Positions 38,312 through 47,696 are shown, counted from the stretch's first letter. The stretch: 54,603 nt of DNA from Thermodesulfobacteriota bacterium (GCA_046757705.1 JBHHYT010000003.1:1-54603), one strand, 5' to 3'. Numbers and translations: made by a program. Notes: generated by a model from the sequence alone, not told the origin.

Positions 38312-39922
38312 TTGCAAAAAAACAGGACATGCATAGAGCCCACAGGCATCAGCGACGGCATGGAGAAGAGGATCAAAACCGTTACGACCGGGTCGTTGGA
38401 TTTGACCGGGTGGCGGGCTTTTCAGGAGGGGCTCTCGGGACTTCTTGGCATACCCGTCTCTCTGTATGACAGCGGCGCAAACCTGCTCGCCGCCTCGGCG
38501 GGCACGGACGCGCTCTGCCGCGCGGTGCAGTCCCACGTCGAGGGCGGGCCGCTGTGCGCCAGGACCTACGCCAACGCCGTCGCCCAGGTCATCGAGCGCG
38601 GCAAGACCTACATATACAAATGCCACATCAACAAGTATATCTTCGCCGTGCCGGTGGACGTCTCCCCCGGCCTTTCGGTCGTCGTCGTCGGCGGGCAGGC
38701 GTACCTTTCGGGAAACGAGCGGGAGCAGTACATAAGCGGCATGGCGCACCTCGGCCTTGACGAGTCCTCCGTGGCAAGCCTCGGGCAGGCTCTCAGGACC
38801 ATACCGCCCAAGTCAGTATTCACCCTGCCGACCATAATAAAAAACCTCTCGGCCCCGCTGCTCAAGTGCATATACAACCACACCGGGCCCGTACCCGGGC
38901 AGAAGGAGGGCGGGGGCGAAAGCCAGCTCAACATACTCGACCAGGTCTACAGGTCGATAGCCCCGGTGCTCGACAGGGAAGAGCTCTACGAGGCGATACT
39001 CGCCAAGTCATCGGAGCTCGTGGACGCTGACCGCGGCTCGCTTATGATACTCGACAACAAGAACGACGTCCTTTCGATAAAGGCCTCCAAGGGCATAGAC
39101 CCGAGGATAATAGACAGCCTCCGGGTAAGGGTCGGGGAGGGGATATCCGGGGCCATAGTGGCAAAGGGGCTGCCCGTTATCGTAAAGGACATAGAGAGCG
39201 AGGTGCCTTCGTGGACGAACAGGCCGCTCTACAAGACCAAGAGCTTCCTTTCGGTGCCGCTCAAGCTCGACGAAAGGGTCATAGGCGTAATAAACGTATC
39301 GGACAAGTCCACGGGCGCCTCCTTCTCCGACCACGACATGGAGCTGCTGCTCTCCTTCGCCAGCTTCGCGTCCATCGCCCTGGAGAGGGGCGCCTACTAC
39401 TCCATGAGCGAAGAGCTCAAGATGCTCTCCATGACGGACCCCCTTACGGGCCTGTTCAACAGGAGGTACCTGCGCGAGAGGCTCTACGAGGAGGTCGAGC
39501 GCGTAAAGAGGCACAGCGAGTGCTTCAGCACCTTCCTCATAGACATAGACAACTTCAAGAGCTTCAACGACAGGTTCGGCCACAGCGCGGGAGATGAGAT
39601 ATTGAAGGGGATATCGCACACCATAAGGGACGCGGTAAGGTCCATGGACGTGGTGGCCCGCTACGGGGGCGAGGAGTTCGCCGTGATACTGCCGCACACC
39701 GGCAAGAGGGACGCATCCATCATCGCCGAGAGGATACGCGAGGACGTGGAGGAGTACAGGCGCATGGTAAAGCCGTTCAAGGAATGGCCCACCATAAGCC
39801 TCGGGGTGGCGGAGTTCCCCAACGACGCAAACGATATAGACGAGCTGATAAACAAGGCCGACAGCGCGATGTACCACGCCAAGAGGACCGGCAAGAACAA
39901 GGTGGTGGTCTATGAAGGATAG
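38312..39922 (+). CDS. PocR-GAF-GGDEF diguanylate cyclase
   Basis: PocR-like Cys pattern (LCRAV...LC...YKCH...FAVPV...GGQ), GAF (SFLSVPL...IGVINV), TDPLTGLFNRR, RSMD I-site and GGEEF; start TTG 38312 (after GGAGG) or ATG 38360. Confidence 0.92.
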   Translation: MQKNRTCIEPTGISDGMEKRIKTVTTGSLDLTGWRAFQEGLSGLLGIPVSLYDSGANLLAASAGTDALCRAVQSHVEGGPLCARTYANAVAQVIERGKTYIYKCHINKYIFAVPVDVSPGLSVVVVGGQAYLSGNEREQYISGMAHLGLDESSVASLGQALRTIPPKSVFTLPTIIKNLSAPLLKCIYNHTGPVPGQKEGGGESQLNILDQVYRSIAPVLDREELYEAILAKSSELVDADRGSLMILDNKNDVLSIKASKGIDPRIIDSLRVRVGEGISGAIVAKGLPVIVKDIESEVPSWTNRPLYKTKSFLSVPLKLDERVIGVINVSDKSTGASFSDHDMELLLSFASFASIALERGAYYSMSEELKMLSMTDPLTGLFNRRYLRERLYEEVERVKRHSECFSTFLIDIDNFKSFNDRFGHSAGDEILKGISHTIRDAVRSMDVVARYGGEEFAVILPHTGKRDASIIAERIREDVEEYRRMVKPFKEWPTISLGVAEFPNDANDIDELINKADSAMYHAKRTGKNKVVVYEG

Positions 39923-42194
39923 GTTCCTGTTCAGCGTCTGTCCCGAGAACGAGTTCTTCGACAGGACGGGCGAGATAGAGTACATACTCGCCAGGGCCGG
40001 CGGGGACGCGCGTCCGCCCGGCCTATTCCTTTCCGGCGGCAGGTGGACCGGCAAGACCGAGATATTGCGCAGGGCCCACGCGAGCCTCTTCTGGGACCAG
40101 GCCCGGGTGCTCCCGGTCTACTACCAGTTCAGGGACTACGGCGCGGCCGAGGGGCTTGTAGACGACTACCTCAAAGAGGTGCTCAAACAGTTCCTCGCCT
40201 TCGGAAGGCGCGAGCCCGCCCTCGTCGGGCAGGACCTGACCCTGGGCAGGCTGGAGGAGATGCTCGCATGCGAGGGCCTCGACATGGCCGGGCCCATATC
40301 CATCCACAGGGACGCCCGGAAGGCCGGCGACATCATATCCGGCTTAAGGAACGTGGCCGGGCTGCCGAAGTGTATAACTGAACAGGCAGGTATTCCGGTA
40401 TACCTCATGCTCGACGACCTCGACGAGGGCGCGTCCATGCTTGCCGGATACGGCCCGGGGGCCGCCGGGGAGTTCATGGAAGCCTTCGGGCGCGGCGGGG
40501 TCCCGTTCGTGGCCTCCGGCTCCACGAAGGACGTGCTCGACAGCGGCGTGCTCGGCTCCGTGGAGCCGCTCCGCCTGCGCGGGCTCGAGCCCTCCGAGGC
40601 GGGCTCCATGATGATGGAGCTGTGCCGCCAGTACGACGTGGGGTTCGACTCCGAGGTCCTCTCGTTCGCCGCCGGGAAGCTCGAGGGCAACCCGATGTAC
40701 ATGAAAAACATCGTCTGGGCGGCCCGGAGGGCGTCCACCGGCTTTCTTACACTAAAAGATTTCATTGACCTCTATGCAAAAGAGCTTTTTGATGGTAATA
40801 TTGGCCTGGCCCTGCGCTCGTCCATCCGCCTGCGCGGGCTCGCGGAGCTAAAGGCGCTCCACGCCATCACCTCCGGCGGGACCTCTGAAGAGGCGCTCTC
40901 CGAGAGGTTCGGCCTGCCGGCCGGGCAGCTGCGCCAGACCCTCAAGGACCTCTGCGCCGAGGGGCTCGTGGACGCCGCCCTCGGCTCCGTAAGGTGGGCC
41001 GGCGACGGGGTCGCGCGCGACTTCGTAAGGTTCAATTACGAGACCCGCGTAAGGGGCAGGGACGCCGACGAGGTGCGCACCTTCATGGTAAGGGACGGCC
41101 TCAAGGAGGGCTTCGACCTCAAGGGCGCCGTCGTAAGGGGAAGGCTCAAGGAAGAGACCGCCTCGCTCCTCTCCCTATTCAACGGGCAGAAGGTCTTGAA
41201 GGTGCTCCTCGACAACCGTTCCTTCTGCGCGCGGTATCCCTCCGGCGCGGAAGGGGGCCACGGGGGCCACGGGGATCAAGGGGGCCAGGGGGGCCAGGGA
41301 GATGCGGGCCACGAGGGGCAGGGGGTACAGGCAGGGCAGGGGGTGCAGGGCTCCGCTGCGGACGAGTTGACGCTGCCGCAGATAATCGGTTGCTTCGACT
41401 CCACGGTCTGGGAGAAGAACGAGACGGGGCCGCCCGTTATAATAGCCAACGGTTTTGAGAACAACAGGTACGATGCCGGCAACGAGGTGGTCTGGGTGGC
41501 CGCCGTGAAGGACTCGCTCACCCCGGTCAACATAGGGGACGTGGAGAACTTCCTGAGGCGGGGCCAGATACTGAGGCAGAACTTCAGGACCACGCGCGTC
41601 TTCAAGTGGTTCGTGGGCAGGGAGGGCTTCACGCTCGAGGCGCGCAAAAGGCTCGATGCCGAGGGTGTCTTCTCCTCCGACCAGGAGCAGGTACGGGTCC
41701 TGCGGGACAGCCTCGAGGACAGGGAGGCCGCCGGGCCGCCGGGCACCGGCAACGTCGCCCCGAACAAGGAGTTCGAGGTGGTGCTCCCCGCCTCCACCAA
41801 GGCGGAGCTCGTGGCGGCGCGCGCCGTCGAGGAGATAGGCACCGAGATGGGCTTCGACGAGATAGCCATCGGCCAGATAAAGGCGGCCCTCATCGAGGCG
41901 TGCATAAACGCCTTCGAGCACAGCAAGGCCAAGGCGACCAAGGTCTTCCTGAGGTTCGTCTCCGGGGGTGGCAGGCTCGTTATCCATGTCCAGAACGGAG
42001 GGGTGGACTTCGACAGGGCCCCGGGCAGGGCCGTGACCGCCGCCGAGAGCGGGGAGCTCAGGAAACGCGGCTGGGGCCTCGAGCTCATGAAGGGGCTGAT
42101 GGACGAGGTCAGGTTCGAGAAGATACGCGGCGGCACCAAGGTCGTCATGGTCAAATATCTGATAAAAGGAGACAACAGGGATGAACAGGCATAA
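39912..42194 (+). CDS. P-loop ATPase (archaeal/STAND-like) fused to a C-terminal RsbW-type anti-sigma Ser kinase (HATPase_c_2)
   Basis: FFDRTGE, Walker A GGRWTGKT, Walker B LMLDD and GNP motif; C-terminal EACINAFEH, RGWGLELMKGLMDEV and GTKV. Confidence 0.8.
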   Translation: MKDRFLFSVCPENEFFDRTGEIEYILARAGGDARPPGLFLSGGRWTGKTEILRRAHASLFWDQARVLPVYYQFRDYGAAEGLVDDYLKEVLKQFLAFGRREPALVGQDLTLGRLEEMLACEGLDMAGPISIHRDARKAGDIISGLRNVAGLPKCITEQAGIPVYLMLDDLDEGASMLAGYGPGAAGEFMEAFGRGGVPFVASGSTKDVLDSGVLGSVEPLRLRGLEPSEAGSMMMELCRQYDVGFDSEVLSFAAGKLEGNPMYMKNIVWAARRASTGFLTLKDFIDLYAKELFDGNIGLALRSSIRLRGLAELKALHAITSGGTSEEALSERFGLPAGQLRQTLKDLCAEGLVDAALGSVRWAGDGVARDFVRFNYETRVRGRDADEVRTFMVRDGLKEGFDLKGAVVRGRLKEETASLLSLFNGQKVLKVLLDNRSFCARYPSGAEGGHGGHGDQGGQGGQGDAGHEGQGVQAGQGVQGSAADELTLPQIIGCFDSTVWEKNETGPPVIIANGFENNRYDAGNEVVWVAAVKDSLTPVNIGDVENFLRRGQILRQNFRTTRVFKWFVGREGFTLEARKRLDAEGVFSSDQEQVRVLRDSLEDREAAGPPGTGNVAPNKEFEVVLPASTKAELVAARAVEEIGTEMGFDEIAIGQIKAALIEACINAFEHSKAKATKVFLRFVSGGGRLVIHVQNGGVDFDRAPGRAVTAAESGELRKRGWGLELMKGLMDEVRFEKIRGGTKVVMVKYLIKGDNRDEQA

Positions 42195-42543
42195 GAACTT
42201 CAAGGAGCTCGGAGAGACGGTGGTCCTTTATCCCGACAACTATATAAACGACATAGAAGGGGAGAAGCTCGAAGAGCTCTGTGACGCCTTCCTCAAGAAG
42301 GGGTTCAAGAAGATAATAATAGACTTCTCGGAGACCGACCTCATAAACTCCATCGGCATCTCCATACTCATCGGGATAATAGAGAAGATAAAGGACAAAA
42401 AGGGCGTCATCTTCTTCTCCGGGCTCAAACCCGTCAACTACGACATATTCAACATCGTGGGCCTTACGAAGCACATACCCGTGTACAAGGACGAGGACGA
42501 GGCGGTAACCGTCGTGGACCACGAAGACCGCGCTATAATGTAG
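42181..42543 (+). CDS. STAS-domain anti-anti-sigma factor (RsbV/SpoIIAA-like)
   Basis: 120 aa; IIIDFSETDLINSIGISIL with Ser57 at the phospho-acceptor position; IFNIVGL. Confidence 0.9.
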   Translation: MNRHKNFKELGETVVLYPDNYINDIEGEKLEELCDAFLKKGFKKIIIDFSETDLINSIGISILIGIIEKIKDKKGVIFFSGLKPVNYDIFNIVGLTKHIPVYKDEDEAVTVVDHEDRAIM

Positions 42544-42613
42544 GCTTTTTCGGGCAGTCTTATCGGATTTCTAATAATATCTTTTTCCTGCGAAACAAGA
42601 GGGAGGTGCGTTA

Positions 42614-43846
42614 ATGGTGGATCTGGACCTTAGTCTCGAGAGGTTGCTCTTCAATCTCAACACACTCGCTGAACTGGGGGAAGAGGTCACCTCGCCCAAG
42701 GACTTTACCAGGGTGGTAAAATCCGCCCTTTACATGGTAATGGGCTCTTTTTCCGCCTCCAAGGGGGTCATATTCCAGAACGACCCGGAGTCCGCCACAT
42801 TCTCTCCCATAGCCTCCAAGGGCCTCGGGGACGTAAGGGGCGTGCGCTTCTCCGTTCCCGCCGGGGCGCTCGCCAGCTTCGTCGAGCACAACAAGCCCAT
42901 AGACCTTAAGCTCGACGCGGAGCGCGCCGCCCTGCTCGGCCCCGCCCGCGAGGAGCTCGAAAAGCTCGGCGCGCGCGCCATAGTCTTCCTCGTGGTAAAG
43001 GACGAGGTGCTGGGCCTTATCTGCATCAACGAGAAGTTCATCGGAGAGGAGCATTCGGTCTACGACTTCCAGCTCCTCTCGGTCATGGCCCAGCACATAG
43101 CCTTCTCACTGCAGGGCCACTCGCTGCTTATGAGGCTCATGCACAAGTACAACGAGAACAAGGGCCTGTACGAGAACCTGCGCCGCATATACTACGACAC
43201 CATACACGCCTTCGCCGCGGCCATCGACGCCAAGGACGCGTACACCAAGGGACACTCCCACAGGGTCTCGGCGTACTGCGCGGTGCTCGCGCGCGAGATG
43301 GGCTGGGCGAGCGACGAGATAGAGGGCATACGGATTTCCGGCCTTCTGCACGACATCGGCAAGATAGCCGTGGACAAGTCCATAATAAACAAAGCCACCC
43401 CTCTGACGAGCGTGGAGTGCAGGGAGCTGAACTCGCATCCGGTCATAGGCTACGAGATACTCTCGAAGATAAAGTTCCCCTGGAAGGGCATACCCATGAT
43501 GACGCGCAACCACCACGAGAAGGTCGACGGCAGCGGGTACCCGGACAGGCTCAGGAGGGAAGAGATACCCATGGGCGCGAGGATAATGGCGCTGGTGGAC
43601 GCCTTCGACGCCATGACGACCGACAGGCCCTACAGGCCGCGGCTCTCCTTCAAGGAGGCGATGGACGAGGTCAGGAGCAACTTCAACAAGCAGTTCGACC
43701 CGGACGTCGTTCAGCCCTTCATCTCGGTCATACGCAAGGAGGTCCTCGGAGAGGTGGAAAACCCCTCGATAGTGCCCCTCCTGCAGGAGCACCTCGACTC
43801 GGTGACCATAAACAGGCTGCTCGACGGTTTCCCGGGGTCGGCTTGA
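42614..43846 (+). CDS. GAF + HD-GYP cyclic-dinucleotide phosphodiesterase
   Basis: DAKDAYTKGHSHRV, LHDIGK, HHEKVDGSGYP, DAFDAMTTDRPYR and QFDP. Confidence 0.92.
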   Translation: MVDLDLSLERLLFNLNTLAELGEEVTSPKDFTRVVKSALYMVMGSFSASKGVIFQNDPESATFSPIASKGLGDVRGVRFSVPAGALASFVEHNKPIDLKLDAERAALLGPAREELEKLGARAIVFLVVKDEVLGLICINEKFIGEEHSVYDFQLLSVMAQHIAFSLQGHSLLMRLMHKYNENKGLYENLRRIYYDTIHAFAAAIDAKDAYTKGHSHRVSAYCAVLAREMGWASDEIEGIRISGLLHDIGKIAVDKSIINKATPLTSVECRELNSHPVIGYEILSKIKFPWKGIPMMTRNHHEKVDGSGYPDRLRREEIPMGARIMALVDAFDAMTTDRPYRPRLSFKEAMDEVRSNFNKQFDPDVVQPFISVIRKEVLGEVENPSIVPLLQEHLDSVTINRLLDGFPGSA

Positions 43847-43998
43847 GCGGTTTTGGCTCAAGTGCCCGGAAGACCTTGATAAAATCAGGTGAAAGGCCCG
43901 CTTTCGGCCCGCCCTCGGCGCGGGTTGCCGTGCCGGCGGGCGTTTGAAAAAAGCAATAGAGGCCGGGCCGTGGATAGCCTTGCAGGGCGATTCAAGGC

Positions 43999-44027
43999 TT
44001 GACCTCTTTTTTGTTTGCCGGTAAAAT
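43999..44027 (+). promoter_or_regulatory. Sigma70 promoter upstream of recJ
   Basis: TTGACC-17 nt-TAAAAT. Confidence 0.7.
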
Positions 44028-44219
44028 AAGGCAACGTTCCGACGGAGGATTTCCGGCCGGGGCGTGATGGGGCCTGCGCTCAGGAGGGGCCGGCACGCAG
44101 GGCCTGCGCGTCCGCGCGCGCCGCGGCTTTTCTTGCCTCCGGTTGCGCGCCCGCCCCCCGTTTACGCGGTATTCCAATTACGGAAGGTCTTTTCACAACC
44201 AGGAGCGGGGGAATGGGGG

Positions 44220-45962
44220 ATGGCGCAGATTGGGTGCGATGAAGTGAAAAAGAAGCGTTGGATGTTGAACCCTGTCAACAAGGAGCTGCAGGAGACCCTT
44301 GGCAGGGAGCTTGATATACTGCCCCTAACGGCGCAACTGCTTGTGAACAGGGGCCTTGTCGATTGCGACGGGGCCTCTTCCTTTTTAAGGCCCGTGCTTA
44401 CGGACCTCCACGACCCGTTTCTCATGAAGGGCATGGACCGGGCCGTCGGGCGCATCATGCACGCCATGGAGGCCGGGGAGAAGATAGCCGTCTACGGGGA
44501 CTACGACGTGGACGGCACCACCTCCACCGCCCTGCTCTTCCTCTTCTTCAGGGAGATAGGCGTCCACGTGGAGTGGTACATACCGGAGAGGAAGGCCGAG
44601 GGCTACGGCCTCAACGAGCAGGCGATAAAGAGGCTCCACGAGCAGGGCGTAAAGCTGGTCGTGACCGTGGACTGCGGCGTCTCCAACCGCGACGAGGTCG
44701 AGTGCGCCAGGTCGCTGGGCATCGACGTCATCATCACCGACCACCACGAGATGCCCGCCGACCCGCCAAGGGCGCACGCCGTGCTCGACCCCAAGCAGGA
44801 GGGCTGCGCCTTCCCGTTCAAGGGGCTTGCGGGTGTGGGCGTGGCCTTCAACCTCGTGATGGGCCTGCGCTCGCGCCTGCGAGAGGCGGGCTGGTTCAAG
44901 GGCGCAGAGCCGAACCTCAAGAAGTACCTCGACCTGGTCTGCATAGGCACCGTCGCAGATATGGTCCCGCTCGTGGACGAGAACCGGGTGCTCGTAAGCT
45001 ACGGCCTCAAGGAGCTCGAGAGGACCGGGAGGCCGGGCTTGAAGGCACTCAAGGAGTCGGTATCCCTCAAGCCGGGGCGCATCACCGCCGAGAACATAGC
45101 CTTCCAGATAGCGCCGAGGATAAACGCCGCCGGAAGGGTGGCAAAGGCCTCGATGGCGCTGCGCCTCCTTATAAGCGAGAGCGGCCGCGAGGCGGACGAG
45201 CTCGCCCGGAGGCTCGGCCGCGAGAACACCTCGCGCCAGAAGATAGAGGCCGATACGCTCAAGGAGGCGCTCGACATGCTCGGCAATGAAGTGAGCGACC
45301 GGGGCATCGTGCTCGCCCGCGAGGGCTGGCACCAGGGGGTCATCGGCATAGTCGCCTCCCGCCTCGTCGACAGGTTCTCGAGGCCGGTGGTGATGATAGC
45401 CCTGGACGGGGAGACCGGCAAGGGCAGCGCAAGGGGCGTAAGGTCATTCAACATCCTCGAGGGGCTCAAGGCCTGCGCCCCTCTGCTCGAGAAGTACGGC
45501 GGGCACAAGGCCGCCGCCGGGCTTACGGTCTCCAGGGCGAACCTCGAGTCCTTCAAGGCGGAGTTCATACGCTACATGAACTCCACGGTCGACGAGAAGG
45601 ACCTCGCCCCCGAGATAACCCTCGACGCCATCGTCTCGCTCGAGGAGGTCGACAACAGGCTGATCGCCGAGATAGAGACCCTCTCGCCCTTCGGCGTCTC
45701 CAACAGGGAGCCCCTGCTGTGCCTCGTGGACGTGGACATCGTGCATACCGAGGTCGTCGGCGCCCGGCACCTGAGGTTCAAGGTCACGCAGAACGGCTGT
45801 TCGAGAAGCGGCATAGGCTTCGGGCTGGCCGGCCTGCACCCGGTAAAGGGGGCGGGCTACGGCGTCGCCTTCTCGCCGTACATGGACGAATGGCGCGGTG
45901 CCAGGAACCTTCGCCTGAGGATAAAGGACGTGAAGCTGGAGTATGCAAAATTCTTGACATAA
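44220..45962 (+). CDS. recJ: ssDNA exonuclease RecJ
   Basis: YGDYDVDG, TVDCG, TDHH, PRINAAGR and GGHKAAAG. Confidence 0.97.
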   Translation: MAQIGCDEVKKKRWMLNPVNKELQETLGRELDILPLTAQLLVNRGLVDCDGASSFLRPVLTDLHDPFLMKGMDRAVGRIMHAMEAGEKIAVYGDYDVDGTTSTALLFLFFREIGVHVEWYIPERKAEGYGLNEQAIKRLHEQGVKLVVTVDCGVSNRDEVECARSLGIDVIITDHHEMPADPPRAHAVLDPKQEGCAFPFKGLAGVGVAFNLVMGLRSRLREAGWFKGAEPNLKKYLDLVCIGTVADMVPLVDENRVLVSYGLKELERTGRPGLKALKESVSLKPGRITAENIAFQIAPRINAAGRVAKASMALRLLISESGREADELARRLGRENTSRQKIEADTLKEALDMLGNEVSDRGIVLAREGWHQGVIGIVASRLVDRFSRPVVMIALDGETGKGSARGVRSFNILEGLKACAPLLEKYGGHKAAAGLTVSRANLESFKAEFIRYMNSTVDEKDLAPEITLDAIVSLEEVDNRLIAEIETLSPFGVSNREPLLCLVDVDIVHTEVVGARHLRFKVTQNGCSRSGIGFGLAGLHPVKGAGYGVAFSPYMDEWRGARNLRLRIKDVKLEYAKFLT

Positions 45963-45982
45963 CCCCGAAGAAATCATAGTCT
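45954..45982 (+). promoter_or_regulatory. Promoter overlapping the recJ stop codon
   Basis: TTGACA-17 nt-TAGTCT. Confidence 0.5.
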
Positions 45983-46015
45983 TATAAGTTGCTGATTTCA
46001 AGGAGAGCAGTTGGT

Positions 46016-46663
46016 ATGTTAGCCGTAGGATTAAACAGAAAGAGCATTAAAAAGGCCGCCGTGGTGATAGGTCTGGCCGTGGTGATGGAGGCGTGGCTGC
46101 TCCCGTCCTTCGAGAACAACTGGCATGCGCAGGACGCCTCCCAGGAGGCTTCAATGACGCGCCGTGGGGTGGTGGGCTACATGAGCGGGGTCTTCTCCCG
46201 CAACAGGACCGGGCTCGGCCCCCACGAGGAGGTGAAGCTCGCCGAGGTGATACTCGCCGAGAGCGTGCGCCACAAGCTCGACCCCCTGCTCGTGCTCGCC
46301 CTCATAAAGACGGAGTCCACCTACTACAACTGGTCGAAGTCCTTCAGCGGCGCCATCGGGCTCATGCAGATACGCCCCGCGACCGGGCAGGAGCTTGCCG
46401 GGCAGCTCAAGCTCGAGTGGAACGGCACGGAGACGCTCCTGAACCCTTACCTCAACGTGAAGATGGGCGTGCATTACTACTCCAGCCTCTACGCGCGCTA
46501 CAACGACGAGGAGAAGACCCTCGCCGCTTACAACATCGGCCCCGGCAGGCTCGCCTCACGCATGAGGCAGAACAAGGCCGTCTCGCGCAACTACGCGGAC
46601 AAGGTGCTCAGCAACTACAAAGACCTGAAAGAAAGGGCGGACTACTATTCCTATGGCGGATAA
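46016..46663 (+). CDS. Lytic transglycosylase (SLT domain), membrane-anchored
   Basis: N-terminal TM; motifs IKTES, GLMQI and AAYNIGPG. Confidence 0.92.
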   Translation: MLAVGLNRKSIKKAAVVIGLAVVMEAWLLPSFENNWHAQDASQEASMTRRGVVGYMSGVFSRNRTGLGPHEEVKLAEVILAESVRHKLDPLLVLALIKTESTYYNWSKSFSGAIGLMQIRPATGQELAGQLKLEWNGTETLLNPYLNVKMGVHYYSSLYARYNDEEKTLAAYNIGPGRLASRMRQNKAVSRNYADKVLSNYKDLKERADYYSYGG

Positions 46664-47696
46664 GGTTTCGAGCAAAAAGCTTTTGTGCAAGGCCGTAAGG
46701 CCAGTCGAGATAAAGGAAGGGGCGGGTGTCGAGGACCTCGTAAGGAGGATGGGCTCGACCGCCTTTCAGGGCAGGAACCTCTCGACCGCCGTGGACGTGT
46801 GGGAGCGGATGCTCAAGACCCGCACCACGGTCTTTTTCGGCCTTGCCGGGGCGATGGTGCCCGCGGGCATGCGCGAGCTGCTCGTGTACCTCATAAAGAA
46901 CCGCTTCATCGACTGCCTCGTCTCCACCGGCGCGAACCTCTTCCACGACATACACGAGGAGCTCGGGCGCGTGCACTGGCAGGGCAGCCACCACATGGAC
47001 GACAACCTCTTGAAGGATATGGGCATAGACCGCATATACGACGTCTTCGCCCTCGAAGAGGAGTTCAACGAGGCCGACAGATATATATTCGAGTTCGCCG
47101 AGGGGTTGGACGAGCGCCCATACACCACACGCGAGTTCCTCTCGCTTATGGGCAGGGACCTGGCCCGCAGGGGCAAGGCCGAGGGCGTCGTCAGCGCCGC
47201 GTTCAAGGCCGGCGTGCCTATATACTGCCCGGCGGTGGCCGACTCCTCCATAGGCATAGCCCTGGCGCTCAAGGACGGCCCCGGCCACTTCATCTTCGAT
47301 ATGATAGGCGACGTCAAGGAGACCGCCGAGATAGCCGCCCGCGCGCGGAACACCGGGGTCGTATACGTCGGCGGGGGAACGCCCAAGAACTTCATACAGC
47401 AGACCGAGGTCACGGCGGCGCTCCAGTGCAAGGACGTGAAAGGCCACAAGTACGCGGTGCAGATTACGGCGGACGCGCCCCACTGGGGGGGCCTTAGCGG
47501 GTGCACCTTCGAGGAGGCGCAGTCGTGGGGCAAGATAGCGAAGAAGTCGAGTCACGTGACCGTAAGCTCGGACGCGACCATAGCTTTACCCATCATAGTC
47601 ACCGCGCTGGCCGAAAGGATGAAGGGCAAGAAGAGGCAGGCCCCCGGGATGGACCTGAGCAGGTCCAACAAGGTGGCCAGGCGGATATGGGAGTGA
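46653..47696 (+). CDS. Deoxyhypusine synthase-like protein (probable homospermidine synthase, SpeY-like)
   Basis: STGANLFHD, DSSIG, GGGTPKNF and GGLSGCTFEEAQSWGK with the catalytic Lys. Confidence 0.9.
   Translation: MADKVSSKKLLCKAVRPVEIKEGAGVEDLVRRMGSTAFQGRNLSTAVDVWERMLKTRTTVFFGLAGAMVPAGMRELLVYLIKNRFIDCLVSTGANLFHDIHEELGRVHWQGSHHMDDNLLKDMGIDRIYDVFALEEEFNEADRYIFEFAEGLDERPYTTREFLSLMGRDLARRGKAEGVVSAAFKAGVPIYCPAVADSSIGIALALKDGPGHFIFDMIGDVKETAEIAARARNTGVVYVGGGTPKNFIQQTEVTAALQCKDVKGHKYAVQITADAPHWGGLSGCTFEEAQSWGKIAKKSSHVTVSSDATIALPIIVTALAERMKGKKRQAPGMDLSRSNKVARRIWE

Noticed and set aside
39912-42194. Anti-phage STAND (Avs-like) or ATPase-nuclease defence gene
   Set aside because: There is no TPR sensor, the nuclease-like motif lacks its acidic residue, the C-terminus is an RsbW kinase coupled to STAS, and codon usage looks native.
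46653-47696. Eukaryote/archaea-like hypusination system
   Set aside because: No eIF5A or EF-P gene is nearby, and the adjacent speB and pdaD point to polyamine synthesis.
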